32,000 nt of DNA from Fidelibacterota bacterium (GCA_021157965.1 JAGGVO010000041.1:224119-256118), one strand, 5' to 3'; shown: positions 9,646 through 18,470, counted from the stretch's first letter. The notes: a model not told the origin generated them from the sequence alone. Program-made: numbers and translations.

Positions 9646-10068
9646 TTATTCTCCTATAATTTTAACCAAAACCCGTTTGGGCCTGCGCCCGTCAAATTCA
9701 CCATAGAAGATCTGTTCCCAGGGACCAAAATCAAGGCGGCCTTTTGTGACGGCCACAACGACTTCACGTCCCATGATTTGCCGCTTGTGGTGAGCATCTC
9801 CGTTATCTTCCCCGGTCCTGTTGTGAGCATACAGATCTGTTCCCGGATCAAAGGGCGCCAGTTTTTCCAACCAGCGTTTATAATCCTGGTGAAGACCCGG
9901 CTCGTCGTCATTAATGAAAACAGAGGCGGTAATGTGCATGGCATTGACAAGACACAATCCTTCCTTTATGCCCGATTCACGAACCAGATCTTCCACATGG
10001 CCGGTGATATTTACAAAATCCATCCTCGCGGGAATGTTAAATGTAAGGTGTTTTGTCAGTGATTTCAT
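9646..10068 (-). CDS. yjbQ: YjbQ/UPF0047 family protein
   Basis: [73 protein letters not shown]; start chosen at MKSLTKHL. Confidence 0.88.
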   Translation of the reverse strand: MKSLTKHLTFNIPARMDFVNITGHVEDLVRESGIKEGLCLVNAMHITASVFINDDEPGLHQDYKRWLEKLAPFDPGTDLYAHNRTGEDNGDAHHKRQIMGREVVVAVTKGRLDFGPWEQIFYGEFDGRRPKRVLVKIIGE

Positions 10069-10149
10069 AAGACCCCCTTTAACTTGAAAAGGTAAGGAAA
10101 AAAGAAGGAAAATAGAAAGCAACATTCTTCGCCATTCAGAGTAAAACTA

Positions 10150-10179
10150 TTGAAAAGTGGAACAGACATCCCGTATATT
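10150..10179 (+). promoter_or_regulatory. candidate sigma70-type promoter for the baeRF-like gene
   Basis: ttgaaa (10150-10155), 18-nt spacer, tatatt (10174-10179). Confidence 0.35.
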
Positions 10180-10243
10180 GAATTAGAAATGCCTCGAATA
10201 ACATAAATATCTCAACATAACAATTAGTACAAGGAGGACTGGT

Positions 10244-11374
10244 ATGAATTCAGTGACGGTAATTCAGTCTCTGCAAACACTGAAAACCGAAGGGAATCCC
10301 GTAACAACGGTTTATCTTGACGTGTCTACATCCCAAAAGCTCCGAAATGCAGTTGTTGTTGTCAACAACATGTTTAAACAGAAAAAAGAGAAGACTTTTT
10401 ATAAAAACCTTTCAGAAAAGGAAAAAGTGTCTGTGCGGAAAGATGTGGAGGGTATTATCAAATTCCTTAATAACCAGCTGGGAGAAGATCGACAGTCGTT
10501 AATGATCGTATCGTCCAATCGGGCTTATGTGTGGCAGGTGATTCATCTGGGATTTCCGGTTGAAAATATGATGATGATTCAGGACCGCCCCTATCTGCGC
10601 CCTTTTCTGGAAGGCATCAGCCATGAACGGAATTATGCCATTGTCATGGTGGATCAGGGAAAGGCTAAAATTCTGATGAATCATCTCGGGAACAAGGAAG
10701 AAATGTTCAATGTGGTGAATCTGCTTCCTGAAGATGCCAATGAAGGCGGTTTTGGCGGTATGGATGAACGGAAGAATGAACGCCATCGTGAAGAGGTTGT
10801 GGCCAAGCATTATAAAAATGTGGCGGCTCAACTGGAAACACTGGATCGGAAATACCATTTTGACTGGATAATTTTGGGCGGACTCCGTGAGAGTATCTCC
10901 GATTTTGCCAACTATCTTAAAACCAATCTGAAGGATAAAATCAGCCGTGAAATCCATGTGGATCCCAATCTTCCCATGGATAAAGTTTTTCAGCTTGTGG
11001 ATAAGGAGATCCCGGGATGCCGTATGGATTTTGAGAAAGACATCCTGAATATGTTTGCCAATGAATTCCACAAGAACTACAAAGGTGTTGCCGGAATACA
11101 CCAGACGGAAGAAGCTCTTCAAAAGGGACAGGTGGACATGCTGATGATTCAGAATGGTTTTCAGACCAAAGGACGGGTGTGTAAATGGTGTTTGCACATG
11201 ACAACAGGGGAAGAAGACGAATGCCCCGGTTGCGGTCATCCCATGGTCCGAACCCTGGATATTACTGATGAGCTGATTCACCAGGCTTTGGATACCGGAG
11301 CGAAAATTGAATTTATCTCCTCGGATATGGGAGAATTTTCGCCCTTGTGCGGACTTCTTCGATATAAACCGTAA
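10244..11374 (+). CDS. bacterial archaeo-eukaryotic release factor-like (baeRF/eRF1-like) protein with C-terminal zinc ribbon
   Basis: GGFGGMDERKNERHREE region; WIILGGLRESISDFANYLKTNLKDKI resembles the domain-2 GGPGPTKEDF segment; C-terminal CKWC..CPGC and GAKIEFISS..GLLRYK resemble eRF1 domain 3; aggagg RBS. Confidence 0.75.
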   Translation: MNSVTVIQSLQTLKTEGNPVTTVYLDVSTSQKLRNAVVVVNNMFKQKKEKTFYKNLSEKEKVSVRKDVEGIIKFLNNQLGEDRQSLMIVSSNRAYVWQVIHLGFPVENMMMIQDRPYLRPFLEGISHERNYAIVMVDQGKAKILMNHLGNKEEMFNVVNLLPEDANEGGFGGMDERKNERHREEVVAKHYKNVAAQLETLDRKYHFDWIILGGLRESISDFANYLKTNLKDKISREIHVDPNLPMDKVFQLVDKEIPGCRMDFEKDILNMFANEFHKNYKGVAGIHQTEEALQKGQVDMLMIQNGFQTKGRVCKWCLHMTTGEEDECPGCGHPMVRTLDITDELIHQALDTGAKIEFISSDMGEFSPLCGLLRYKP

Positions 11375-11391
11375 CCTGTTGATAATGCAGG

Positions 11392-11408
11392 GACTTTTAG
11401 GAAAAGTC
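11392..11408 (+). terminator. candidate weak terminator hairpin after the baeRF-like gene
   Basis: GACTTTT-AGG-AAAAGTC, 7-bp perfect stem, followed shortly by a T-rich stretch (tttttt from about 11417). Confidence 0.4.
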
Positions 11409-11460
11409 TCAACAAATTTTTTAATAAAAGGGTTTAAAACTATGATATATAGTTTTTATC

Positions 11461-11489
11461 TTGACTTTCATGTGTTTTGAATTTATATT
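11461..11489 (+). promoter_or_regulatory. candidate sigma70-type promoter driving the motor-like gene unit
   Basis: TTGACT (11461-11466), 17-nt spacer, TATATT (11484-11489), in an AT-rich intergenic region about 75 nt upstream of the first start codon. Confidence 0.55.
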
Positions 11490-11561
11490 TTTTTAAGTAT
11501 GTATATATGTTGAAAGTTGTTATTCAACAACCGTAAATTCAAAATAAAAAAGGAAAACAGG

Positions 11562-12488
11562 ATGTCCCTCAATCGATGGCTTCGTTTGGGAACCGTTTTG
11601 GTGTTGTTGTCAGGTTGTGCCTGGTTCAGGGGGGGCGAGAGTCCCGAAGGGGACGAAGGACTTGCCGTTGATTCAACGGAAATAGCTTTACAGAATGATT
11701 TAATTCAACAGGAAATGAATGAGATCACGACTTCCGGTACCCGGGATAGTGTTATTCAGGAGCGGGATTATTCCTTTGTTTTGAATGAGCTCTCCTATGA
11801 ATTGAAAAAACAGGGTGCCCGGATCAAACACCTGGAATCTGAGCTGAAAGACCTGAAGGCAAAATCCACCCTCTGGGAGAATCCCCTGAAGATTTATAAT
11901 AAAGAAATCATTCTTCAGAACGGGACCAGCATGTTTGGCAAGATCATGTACCAGGATAGTGATATTTTAAAAGTTCAAACGCTCATCGGGTACTTTGTCC
12001 TTTCCCGTGATGAGGTAGTGCGTATTGTGGATAATATTCCCGCATCTGCTGTTGAAAGCCGCGAAGTTGCGGCGGATCAGGCTTCCGGACAGCCGGTATC
12101 GGTACCGACAGCGGAAACGATTTCTCCTGTTGAATTACCGGAAAGACCCTCACCATCGGCGGTGGATGCAAATTGTATTTTGGTGGGGAACATCCGTGAA
12201 AGCACGGATCCCTCGGGGAATCGCATTTTTTCTGGAGAGGTGAAGAATATAGGTGCCCGTCGGGCTGATTTTGTAAAGATCACATTTGTCTTTCGCATGA
12301 ACTGGAGCGGTGAGACGAAAACCCTGACGACCTTTGTCAAGGGATCCTTTATGAATTATGCCAGTGGTGTTAGCTCTGATGCGGCCTTACTGCCCGGTGC
12401 CACCGGAAGGTTCACATTGAATATTCCGGCATCTTTTGGTACATTTATCGGTTATTCATATAGCATTAACTGGGAGGAATATGATTAA
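11562..12488 (+). CDS. lipoprotein with coiled coil and C-terminal FxLYD-like domain
   Basis: MSLNRWLRLGTVLVLLSGC lipobox; heptad-like region NELSYELKKQGARIKHLESELKDLKAK; C-terminal ILVGNIRESTDPSGNRIFSGEVKNIGARRADFVKITFVF. Confidence 0.7.
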   Translation: MSLNRWLRLGTVLVLLSGCAWFRGGESPEGDEGLAVDSTEIALQNDLIQQEMNEITTSGTRDSVIQERDYSFVLNELSYELKKQGARIKHLESELKDLKAKSTLWENPLKIYNKEIILQNGTSMFGKIMYQDSDILKVQTLIGYFVLSRDEVVRIVDNIPASAVESREVAADQASGQPVSVPTAETISPVELPERPSPSAVDANCILVGNIRESTDPSGNRIFSGEVKNIGARRADFVKITFVFRMNWSGETKTLTTFVKGSFMNYASGVSSDAALLPGATGRFTLNIPASFGTFIGYSYSINWEEYD

Positions 12489-13422
12489 GCGATTCTCGGC
12501 GTTACCGCATGTGATGATTCCGCTGCTTTTCTCTGTCCTTTTTCTTGCAGCCTGCGGAGGATCCCGTCCGGAAGTTCCTCCGGAGAAACTACAGCGGACC
12601 GAAGATGACCTGCGGAGGCGCGAACAGGAAGTCCAGCAAAAAACCATCGAGATTCTTGATCTGAAAAACCAGATCATTATACTCCAAAGTGAAATCAGTG
12701 AACTGAAATCCAATATTATCGAACTGGAAAGCCATCGTGATTCCCTTCGCTCCAGGCTGATGAATGAAAAAATGTCTGCCGAAGAGCTGGAGGGGATGTT
12801 ATCGGAACTGGACGAAAAAAACCTGGAACTGAAACGACAAAACGAGCTGCTTCAATCGTACCTGAATGCATCGCAGGATTCTATCCTGAAGGCGCTGGAA
12901 ACGGCTGCCGTGAAAGAATCCGAACAAAATCTTTTAAAAACAATCTCCCGGAATGAACCGGTAAAAACCGATACGGCAGTGGGAAAAATCGTTGCCGACA
13001 CAAGCGCTTTGAATGCAGCTATAAGTCCTGTCATGGATCTGACCCAGGATGAATACCTGCAGCGGTATCAGGATGCTCTGGACCTCCTGTTCGACAAACA
13101 ACGCAATAAGGCCATCGAGGAATTCAGGGAATTGATCCGAATTGCCCCGGATAACGATTATTCAGACAATTGCCAATACTGGATTGGTGAAGGGTATTAT
13201 GCACAGGGGCTCTACAGTCGTGCCATTGAGGAATTTGAAAAAGTCAAAACGCTGCCGAACGGCAATAAAGCTGATCATGCCCAATTTAAAATCGGTCTGT
13301 CTTACCTGAAACTGGGACAGAAAGTAGAAGGTCTGGAAGCCTTTAAAAAACTTCTGGAGGAATATCCGAACAGTGAATTGGTCGGCAAGGTCCGGGATAT
13401 GATTAATTCAGGACAGTTCTGA
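12481..13422 (+). CDS. CpoB/YbgF-like lipoprotein: coiled coil followed by TPR repeats
   Basis: Signal and lipobox LLFSVLFLAACGG; long coiled coil; TPRs YWIGEGYYAQGLYSRAIEEFEKV and FKIGLSYLKLGQKVEGLEAFKKLLEEYPNSE; overlaps the preceding gene. Confidence 0.8.
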   Translation: MIKRFSALPHVMIPLLFSVLFLAACGGSRPEVPPEKLQRTEDDLRRREQEVQQKTIEILDLKNQIIILQSEISELKSNIIELESHRDSLRSRLMNEKMSAEELEGMLSELDEKNLELKRQNELLQSYLNASQDSILKALETAAVKESEQNLLKTISRNEPVKTDTAVGKIVADTSALNAAISPVMDLTQDEYLQRYQDALDLLFDKQRNKAIEEFRELIRIAPDNDYSDNCQYWIGEGYYAQGLYSRAIEEFEKVKTLPNGNKADHAQFKIGLSYLKLGQKVEGLEAFKKLLEEYPNSELVGKVRDMINSGQF

Positions 13423-13423
13423 T

Positions 13424-14080
13424 ATGAAATTTTTGTGTTTCGTCTGTTCTTTGACATGTTTTGCCACTTTGGGTTTTTCTCAGGACCCTATGCTGGATAT
13501 GGATATGCTTTTTCCTGAACGGTCCGTCAGACAGGATTCTGCCCTGATAAACCTGCAATCTTCAGGAACGGATATGGGAGGGGCCGTCTCTCTGGCGGAA
13601 TTGCAAAAACGTATAGAACGCCTGGAAGAAGAAGTCCGATTGCTTAAAAAAGCCCTGGAAGAACGGCAACAGGTTACAGAAAAAAAGCCTGATGATCCGG
13701 GATTTCCTCTCATTGAGCAGCAACTGTATGCCCGGGCTCTCCGCTATTTTACAGCCGGGGATTATGGAAAGGCATCCGAATTGCTTCGGCAGGTGAGAGA
13801 AAACACACAAGAGAAAGAACTGAACCTCAGCGCCCTCTACTGGCTGGGGGAATGTGCCTTTCGGCAAAACAACTACAATGAAGCCGTGGTGCTTCTCCAG
13901 GAACTGCTTTCCGAAGAGAGTAAAATATTCCGGGAAAATGCCCTGATCCTTGTTGCCATCAGTTTCAGAAATCTCGGAAAACAGGCCGAATCCGAACGCT
14001 ATTTTCAGGCATATCTGGAAGCATACCCCGATTCAAAATATTCGGCCCTCGCCCGGAGAGAATTGAAAAAAAATCAGTGA
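13424..14080 (+). CDS. secreted TPR protein, CpoB/YbgF-like
   Basis: Signal peptide MKFLCFVCSLTCFATLGFS; ELQKRIERLEEEVRLLKKALEE coiled coil; TPRs ALYWLGECAFRQNNYNEAVVLLQEL and ENALILVAISFRNLGKQAESERYFQAYLEAYPDSKYS. Confidence 0.8.
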   Translation: MKFLCFVCSLTCFATLGFSQDPMLDMDMLFPERSVRQDSALINLQSSGTDMGGAVSLAELQKRIERLEEEVRLLKKALEERQQVTEKKPDDPGFPLIEQQLYARALRYFTAGDYGKASELLRQVRENTQEKELNLSALYWLGECAFRQNNYNEAVVLLQELLSEESKIFRENALILVAISFRNLGKQAESERYFQAYLEAYPDSKYSALARRELKKNQ

Positions 14081-14097
14081 TAAAAGTGATAAAAAAC

Positions 14098-15438
14098 ATG
14101 AAACAATTAAAATGGCTGTTCCTTCTGTTATGCGTGGTACTGTACGGCCATACGGCCCACGCATCCTCTCAGGTTTCCTTTATGAAACCGGGGCCCATGA
14201 TGCGGGTGCCGTCAAGTTCTGTGGAAGACTCACCCTATCTTTTCCGGACCGGTTTCGGTTCCGATCTGTACGGAATCGAAGATTTTCGCATGTCCAAAGG
14301 GGTCTTTTTCGATATGGACATTATCAATTCACTGAATGTGGGATTCTCCGTGATCCAGCCCTATGATGTTACCGCCATGAATACATCCGATGTGGAATAC
14401 GGCTTTCACCTGACGAAACGGGTTATGGCCTATGGGGATATTTCCATGGCTGTGGGACTTTGGGATTTTGTCCTGAGGAATATCGATGACGAAATGCAGG
14501 TGGATAATCAGAACTTTTCCTTTTTTGCTGTGATTTCTACTGAAAAGATGATGGGAGAAACGGGTTTTAATACATATATGGGTGTGGGTAGCGGTGGACT
14601 TTCCCGGGGTTTTTCAAGTAATGATACTACCACAAGTATAGGGGTTTTTGCCGGTTTCCTGTTCAGGACCGGTATGATGGCAGATCGGGGAGGGATTAAC
14701 CTGATTGGTGAATTTGACGGAGGGGGATTGAATCTGGGGATGGAAATCCCCCTGACGACAGAATACAGGTTGAATCTGGGTATCTCCCAATTACAGTGGC
14801 TGCCGAATTTTGGGAAGGAAAATGAGACCGATCTGCCGGCCATATCCATGGGCCTCACCCTGGCCATCCCCCGAAGTTTGCCGGGACGGGCATCACGGCG
14901 CAGCGGTATAGCGGTTGGTACGGGTGAGAATACAGGAACATCGGCGACAGAATCGGAATACCGTGCCAAACTGGATTCCATCCTGAGAGAAGCAGATGCC
15001 ACCATTATGGGCCTCCGGGATTCCCTGAGGATATCTGTCCAGACGGTGGACGACCTGAACAATACCATCGCCCTTCTCCGTCAGCAGAAATCCGTCCTGG
15101 AAGATTCTCTCCAATCGGTGAAACTTCAGCAGCATGTGATGCAGCAAAATATCAATCTGGCCCTGAAGCATTTGAGCCGGAGTCTCCGGTATTTTTATGC
15201 CGGCGATTATATTCAGGCGCTGAATGAGGTGGATATTGCCATCCAGCTCAATCCCAATCTTTCTCTTGCCTACGCACGCCGGGGGTCGATTTATTACAAA
15301 ATGGGAGATATTCAAAGGGCGGCGATCAACTGGAATCTGGCCCTGCAGATCGACCCCGAATATGATGATGTCCGCAATATTCTGAAGGTCCTCCAGGAAA
15401 CCCGCTCTCGTACAGGGTCCTTCATGAACAATAACTAA
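14098..15438 (+). CDS. exported protein with beta-barrel-like N-terminal region, coiled coil and C-terminal TPRs
   Basis: Signal MKQLKWLFLLLCVVLYGHTAHASS; alternating amphipathic strands (INLIGEFDGGGLNLGMEIPLTTEYRLNLGISQLQWLPNF); TPRs SLAYARRGSIYYKMGDIQRAAINWNLALQIDPEY. The ORF track starts at a GTG at 14077, but the ATG at 14098 is followed directly by a signal peptide. Confidence 0.65.
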   Translation: MKQLKWLFLLLCVVLYGHTAHASSQVSFMKPGPMMRVPSSSVEDSPYLFRTGFGSDLYGIEDFRMSKGVFFDMDIINSLNVGFSVIQPYDVTAMNTSDVEYGFHLTKRVMAYGDISMAVGLWDFVLRNIDDEMQVDNQNFSFFAVISTEKMMGETGFNTYMGVGSGGLSRGFSSNDTTTSIGVFAGFLFRTGMMADRGGINLIGEFDGGGLNLGMEIPLTTEYRLNLGISQLQWLPNFGKENETDLPAISMGLTLAIPRSLPGRASRRSGIAVGTGENTGTSATESEYRAKLDSILREADATIMGLRDSLRISVQTVDDLNNTIALLRQQKSVLEDSLQSVKLQQHVMQQNINLALKHLSRSLRYFYAGDYIQALNEVDIAIQLNPNLSLAYARRGSIYYKMGDIQRAAINWNLALQIDPEYDDVRNILKVLQETRSRTGSFMNNN

Positions 15439-15447
15439 GGAGTCTGA

Positions 15448-16242
15448 ATGGATTTTGCAACCATCTTAGGGATTTTTATGGGCCTGGGACTGATCTTTTT
15501 TGGAATTACACTCCTTACACAGGATTATCAGATGTTTTGGTCCCTGCCCTCCCTTGCCATTGTTTTGGGAGGATCCCTTGCCGCCACACTGATTGCCTTT
15601 CCCCTTCACGAAGTCGGCCGCGTTTTTAAGGTGATTGGCATTGTCTTCAGAAAAGAACGGCGGGATATGCAAACGCTGGTCCGCCAGGTTACGGAACTGG
15701 CGGCTTTTGCCCGGCGGGGTCCAACAGAACTTGAGAAGCACATTGAAGAGGTGAAACATCCCTTTTTGAAGGATGGTATTCAGCTTGTGATTGACGGCTA
15801 TAGTGATGCTGATATCCGGGAAATCCTCACGTTGCGGATTGTAAACCGTGAACAGCGTGAAAAAGGGGAAGTGAATGTTGTAAAAACCATGGGAAAACTA
15901 TCCCCTGCTTTTGGTATGATCGGAACCCTTATCGGATTGGTTGTGATGCTATATGGCATGAGTGTAAGCGATGCGTCGGGCGATATGGCGGCTCAGCTTG
16001 GAAGAGGGATGGGTGCGGCCATTGTGACAACCTTCTACGGGGCTATTCTGGCGAATCTCTTTTTCAATCCAGCTGCCGCGAAAATCGATTCCCGTATTCA
16101 GAAAGCTTCCATGCTTCAACTGATGCTCATCGAAGGTGTTTGTCTTCTCTATCACCGGAAACATCCCCTCATTGTCCGGGAAAAGCTGAATTCCTTTCTC
16201 CCCCCCCGGGACTGGATCCGTGAAGAAGAACGAAAAGGCTGA
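15448..16242 (+). CDS. motA: MotA family stator protein (paralog 1)
   Basis: SLAIVLGGSLAATLIAFP, FARRGPTELEKHIEE, MGKLSPAFGMIGTLIGLVVML, LGRGMGAAIVTTFYGAILANLFFNP, HPLIVREKLNSFL. Confidence 0.92.
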   Translation: MDFATILGIFMGLGLIFFGITLLTQDYQMFWSLPSLAIVLGGSLAATLIAFPLHEVGRVFKVIGIVFRKERRDMQTLVRQVTELAAFARRGPTELEKHIEEVKHPFLKDGIQLVIDGYSDADIREILTLRIVNREQREKGEVNVVKTMGKLSPAFGMIGTLIGLVVMLYGMSVSDASGDMAAQLGRGMGAAIVTTFYGAILANLFFNPAAAKIDSRIQKASMLQLMLIEGVCLLYHRKHPLIVREKLNSFLPPRDWIREEERKG

Positions 16243-16901
16243 TGGAAAAAACAAAGAAAAAAATACCCCTTCCCCCTGAAGAGACGGATTCGGAAGAGTG
16301 GCTTGTTACCTATTCGGATATCATGACACTGCTCATGACTTTTTTCGTATTGCTTTTTTCCATGTCCACCATCGACCCTGTGAAAATTGAACAGTTTGGT
16401 GAGGCGATGGGAAAGGAACTGGGAGTCAAGACCTCTGAAAGAACCGGCCGGGTCTCCCTTGCCCAGATTGACCGGGACGTGAAGGAGATTGTCAACGAAG
16501 AAAACTTAAACGAATATGTGGAAGTCACCCATTCCTACAGAGGGGTGACTATCTCGATTGTGGCTGATATCCTGTTTACCCGGGGAAGTGCCGAGCTGAA
16601 TCCCCGGGTCTATTCGATTCTTAACAAATTTATTCCGAAGATTCAAAATTCCATCTATCAGATTGCTGTGGAGGGACATACAGACAGTGATCCCATCCAT
16701 TCGGATAAATATCCGTCAAACTGGGAATTGTCTGCTGCCAGAGCCTCGCAGGTTGTCAATTATTATATTTCACAAGGCATTGATCCGGAACGTTTCAGGG
16801 CCATTGGTTTTGCTCATACCCGGCCTAAAAAACCAAATACAAGTCCGGAAAACAAGAGCCAGAACCGCCGGGTTGAAATAACATTCCTGGCAATATCTTA
16901 A
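16242..16901 (+). CDS. motB: MotB family stator protein with OmpA-like peptidoglycan-binding domain (paralog 1)
   Basis: WLVTYSDIMTLLMTFFVLLFSMS (channel Asp at 16317-16319); VEGHTDSDPI, NWELSAARASQVVNY, NRRVEITF. Confidence 0.93.
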   Translation: MEKTKKKIPLPPEETDSEEWLVTYSDIMTLLMTFFVLLFSMSTIDPVKIEQFGEAMGKELGVKTSERTGRVSLAQIDRDVKEIVNEENLNEYVEVTHSYRGVTISIVADILFTRGSAELNPRVYSILNKFIPKIQNSIYQIAVEGHTDSDPIHSDKYPSNWELSAARASQVVNYYISQGIDPERFRAIGFAHTRPKKPNTSPENKSQNRRVEITFLAIS

Positions 16902-16916
16902 TAAAGGAGAGCTACA

Positions 16917-18470
16917 ATGAATTGTCGGAATCGCATGTGTTTAACTCTGGCAATAATTCTGTTAACATCAGCTATGCTGAGTGGTGAATCCCCGAATTAT
17001 CTGTCCCAGAAACTCGCACTCGAACAGGCACTCCAGAATAAAATTTCACAGGCTGTAGAACGCATTCTCGGGAATAATCATTTTATTGTTGATGTGAAAG
17101 CAGATTTGGATTTTGTTCCCGATCAGCGCGTTGAGGAAGTGTATGAACCGGCGGTACCGGGACGTGCACTTGTACAACCGGCTCCTGAAGCCGAAAGTTC
17201 CCGGGAAAGGGACAGGGCCTACGAAGAAGAATACAATGAAATTCTCCCCGGCATACCTGCGCGGATTGGCGACCGCGGATTGGATATCCTGACAGAAGAG
17301 CTTCCGTCAGATACTTCCCGTATCCGCGAGGAGCAAACAGCCGTTCTGCCGGGAGTTGAGAATATTGAACCGGAGAGGCTCAAAAGCCGTTCGGTTGCCC
17401 GTTCTGTTCCCCTGATTCCGAAAGTCAGGAAACTGGACATCAGCATCATTTTAAAGGAAGGCATCGAGCCGGATCTGGTGGAATCCATTCGTCAGGTGGC
17501 AATGATTGCCTCCCATTTCGACCGCTCCCGGGGAGATATGCTGAGTATTATGACAACGACTTTCAGGGATGACAAGCTGATGGCCGGTGCGGAAACCGGA
17601 GTAATACCGGGAGATGTTGAGTATCAGCCATCCCGCGAAGAACAGGAACGGACCGATGAAACTCAGGAACTGATTCGCCAAATCCAGGATCAGATTGAAC
17701 GGCTTTCACAACAGCAGCAGAGGCAGGCGCCCCGGAGCAATGAACCCACACCAACGGAAAACATGCTGCTTAAAATCATTGATAAGCTCAATACCCGTCA
17801 GTCCCTTGCCGATGATCTGGAAACACAGAAGATGATTACGGAGCAGAAGCTCCGGCTTGAAATGCTGGGACGCGATACTACCCGATTGCAGGAACTCCGG
17901 GATGAAATAGCAGCCCTGAAACTTCAGCTGGCAACCCGGGAAATGGCTGTTGAAGACCGGGAAAGTACACGGGCTGCATCAGACAGTATGCTTCGGGAAA
18001 AAGAAGAACTGGAAGAGGCCATTGCGGAAAAAATCGCCCTCCTCTCGGAGACGCAAAAAGAGCTTATGGACATGCAAAAGGCTCAAATCCCCTGGTGGTT
18101 CTGGGGGCTTCTGGCTGCTTTGCTTGCTGTTGTCATTGTGCTGGTTGTACTGATTCTGAACCGCGGCAGAGTGCGCCGTCAGGAGGAAGAAGCTCCGAAA
18201 CCGGAACCGGCAGCCAGCGAGGATGCCCTCCGTGAAAAGATTCTCAGGGAATTGCGGGAAAGCAAGAAAGAGAGCAAACTTGAGCGGGAACCGGATCAGG
18301 GATCCGATATGGCTGAAAAGCGGGCGGAGCTGGAAGGAATCCGGAAAAATATCGTCAATATGAGTGTAGCCAACCCCGATACTGCCAGCAAGATTATCCG
18401 GGATTGGATGGAAGAAGATGAAACGCCCGCAGACCAGGCGGAAGAAAAAGGAGAACGGAAAAATGAGTGA
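16917..18470 (+). CDS. truncated FliF-like (MS-ring/YscJ-FliF family) protein: signal peptide, RBM3-like domain, coiled coil, single TM, FliG-binding-like tail
   Basis: YLSQKLALEQALQNKISQAVERILGNNHFIVDVKADLDFVPDQRVEEVYEP and VRKLDISIILKEGIEPDLVESIRQVAMIASHFDRSRGDMLSIMTTTF match the FliF C-terminal ring domain pattern; TM WWFWGLLAALLAVVIVLVVLIL; tail ANPDTASKIIRDWMEEDE. Confidence 0.85.
   Translation: MNCRNRMCLTLAIILLTSAMLSGESPNYLSQKLALEQALQNKISQAVERILGNNHFIVDVKADLDFVPDQRVEEVYEPAVPGRALVQPAPEAESSRERDRAYEEEYNEILPGIPARIGDRGLDILTEELPSDTSRIREEQTAVLPGVENIEPERLKSRSVARSVPLIPKVRKLDISIILKEGIEPDLVESIRQVAMIASHFDRSRGDMLSIMTTTFRDDKLMAGAETGVIPGDVEYQPSREEQERTDETQELIRQIQDQIERLSQQQQRQAPRSNEPTPTENMLLKIIDKLNTRQSLADDLETQKMITEQKLRLEMLGRDTTRLQELRDEIAALKLQLATREMAVEDRESTRAASDSMLREKEELEEAIAEKIALLSETQKELMDMQKAQIPWWFWGLLAALLAVVIVLVVLILNRGRVRRQEEEAPKPEPAASEDALREKILRELRESKKESKLEREPDQGSDMAEKRAELEGIRKNIVNMSVANPDTASKIIRDWMEEDETPADQAEEKGERKNE
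17635..18092 (+). other. predicted periplasmic coiled-coil segment of about 150 aa within the FliF-like protein
   Basis: E/Q/K/L-rich heptad-like translation from EEQERTDETQELIRQIQDQIERL to EKIALLSETQKELMDMQKAQIP, directly before the WWFWG TM segment. Confidence 0.7.

Noticed and set aside
15448-16901. MotA/MotB pair as TolQ/TolR, ExbB/ExbD or ZorA/ZorB
   Set aside because: MotA-length cytoplasmic loop and motifs, plus an OmpA-like peptidoglycan-binding domain in MotB, fit Mot-type stators. No TolA/TolB/Pal, TonB, or ZorC/D/E-type helicase/nuclease genes are adjacent.
16917-18470. Reading the FliF-like protein as a type III secretion inner ring (YscJ/PrgK) or sporulation SpoIIIAG-type protein
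   Set aside because: The C-terminal FliG-binding-like motif and the overlapping FliG-like gene fit FliF better, and no type III export genes or sporulation genes are nearby.
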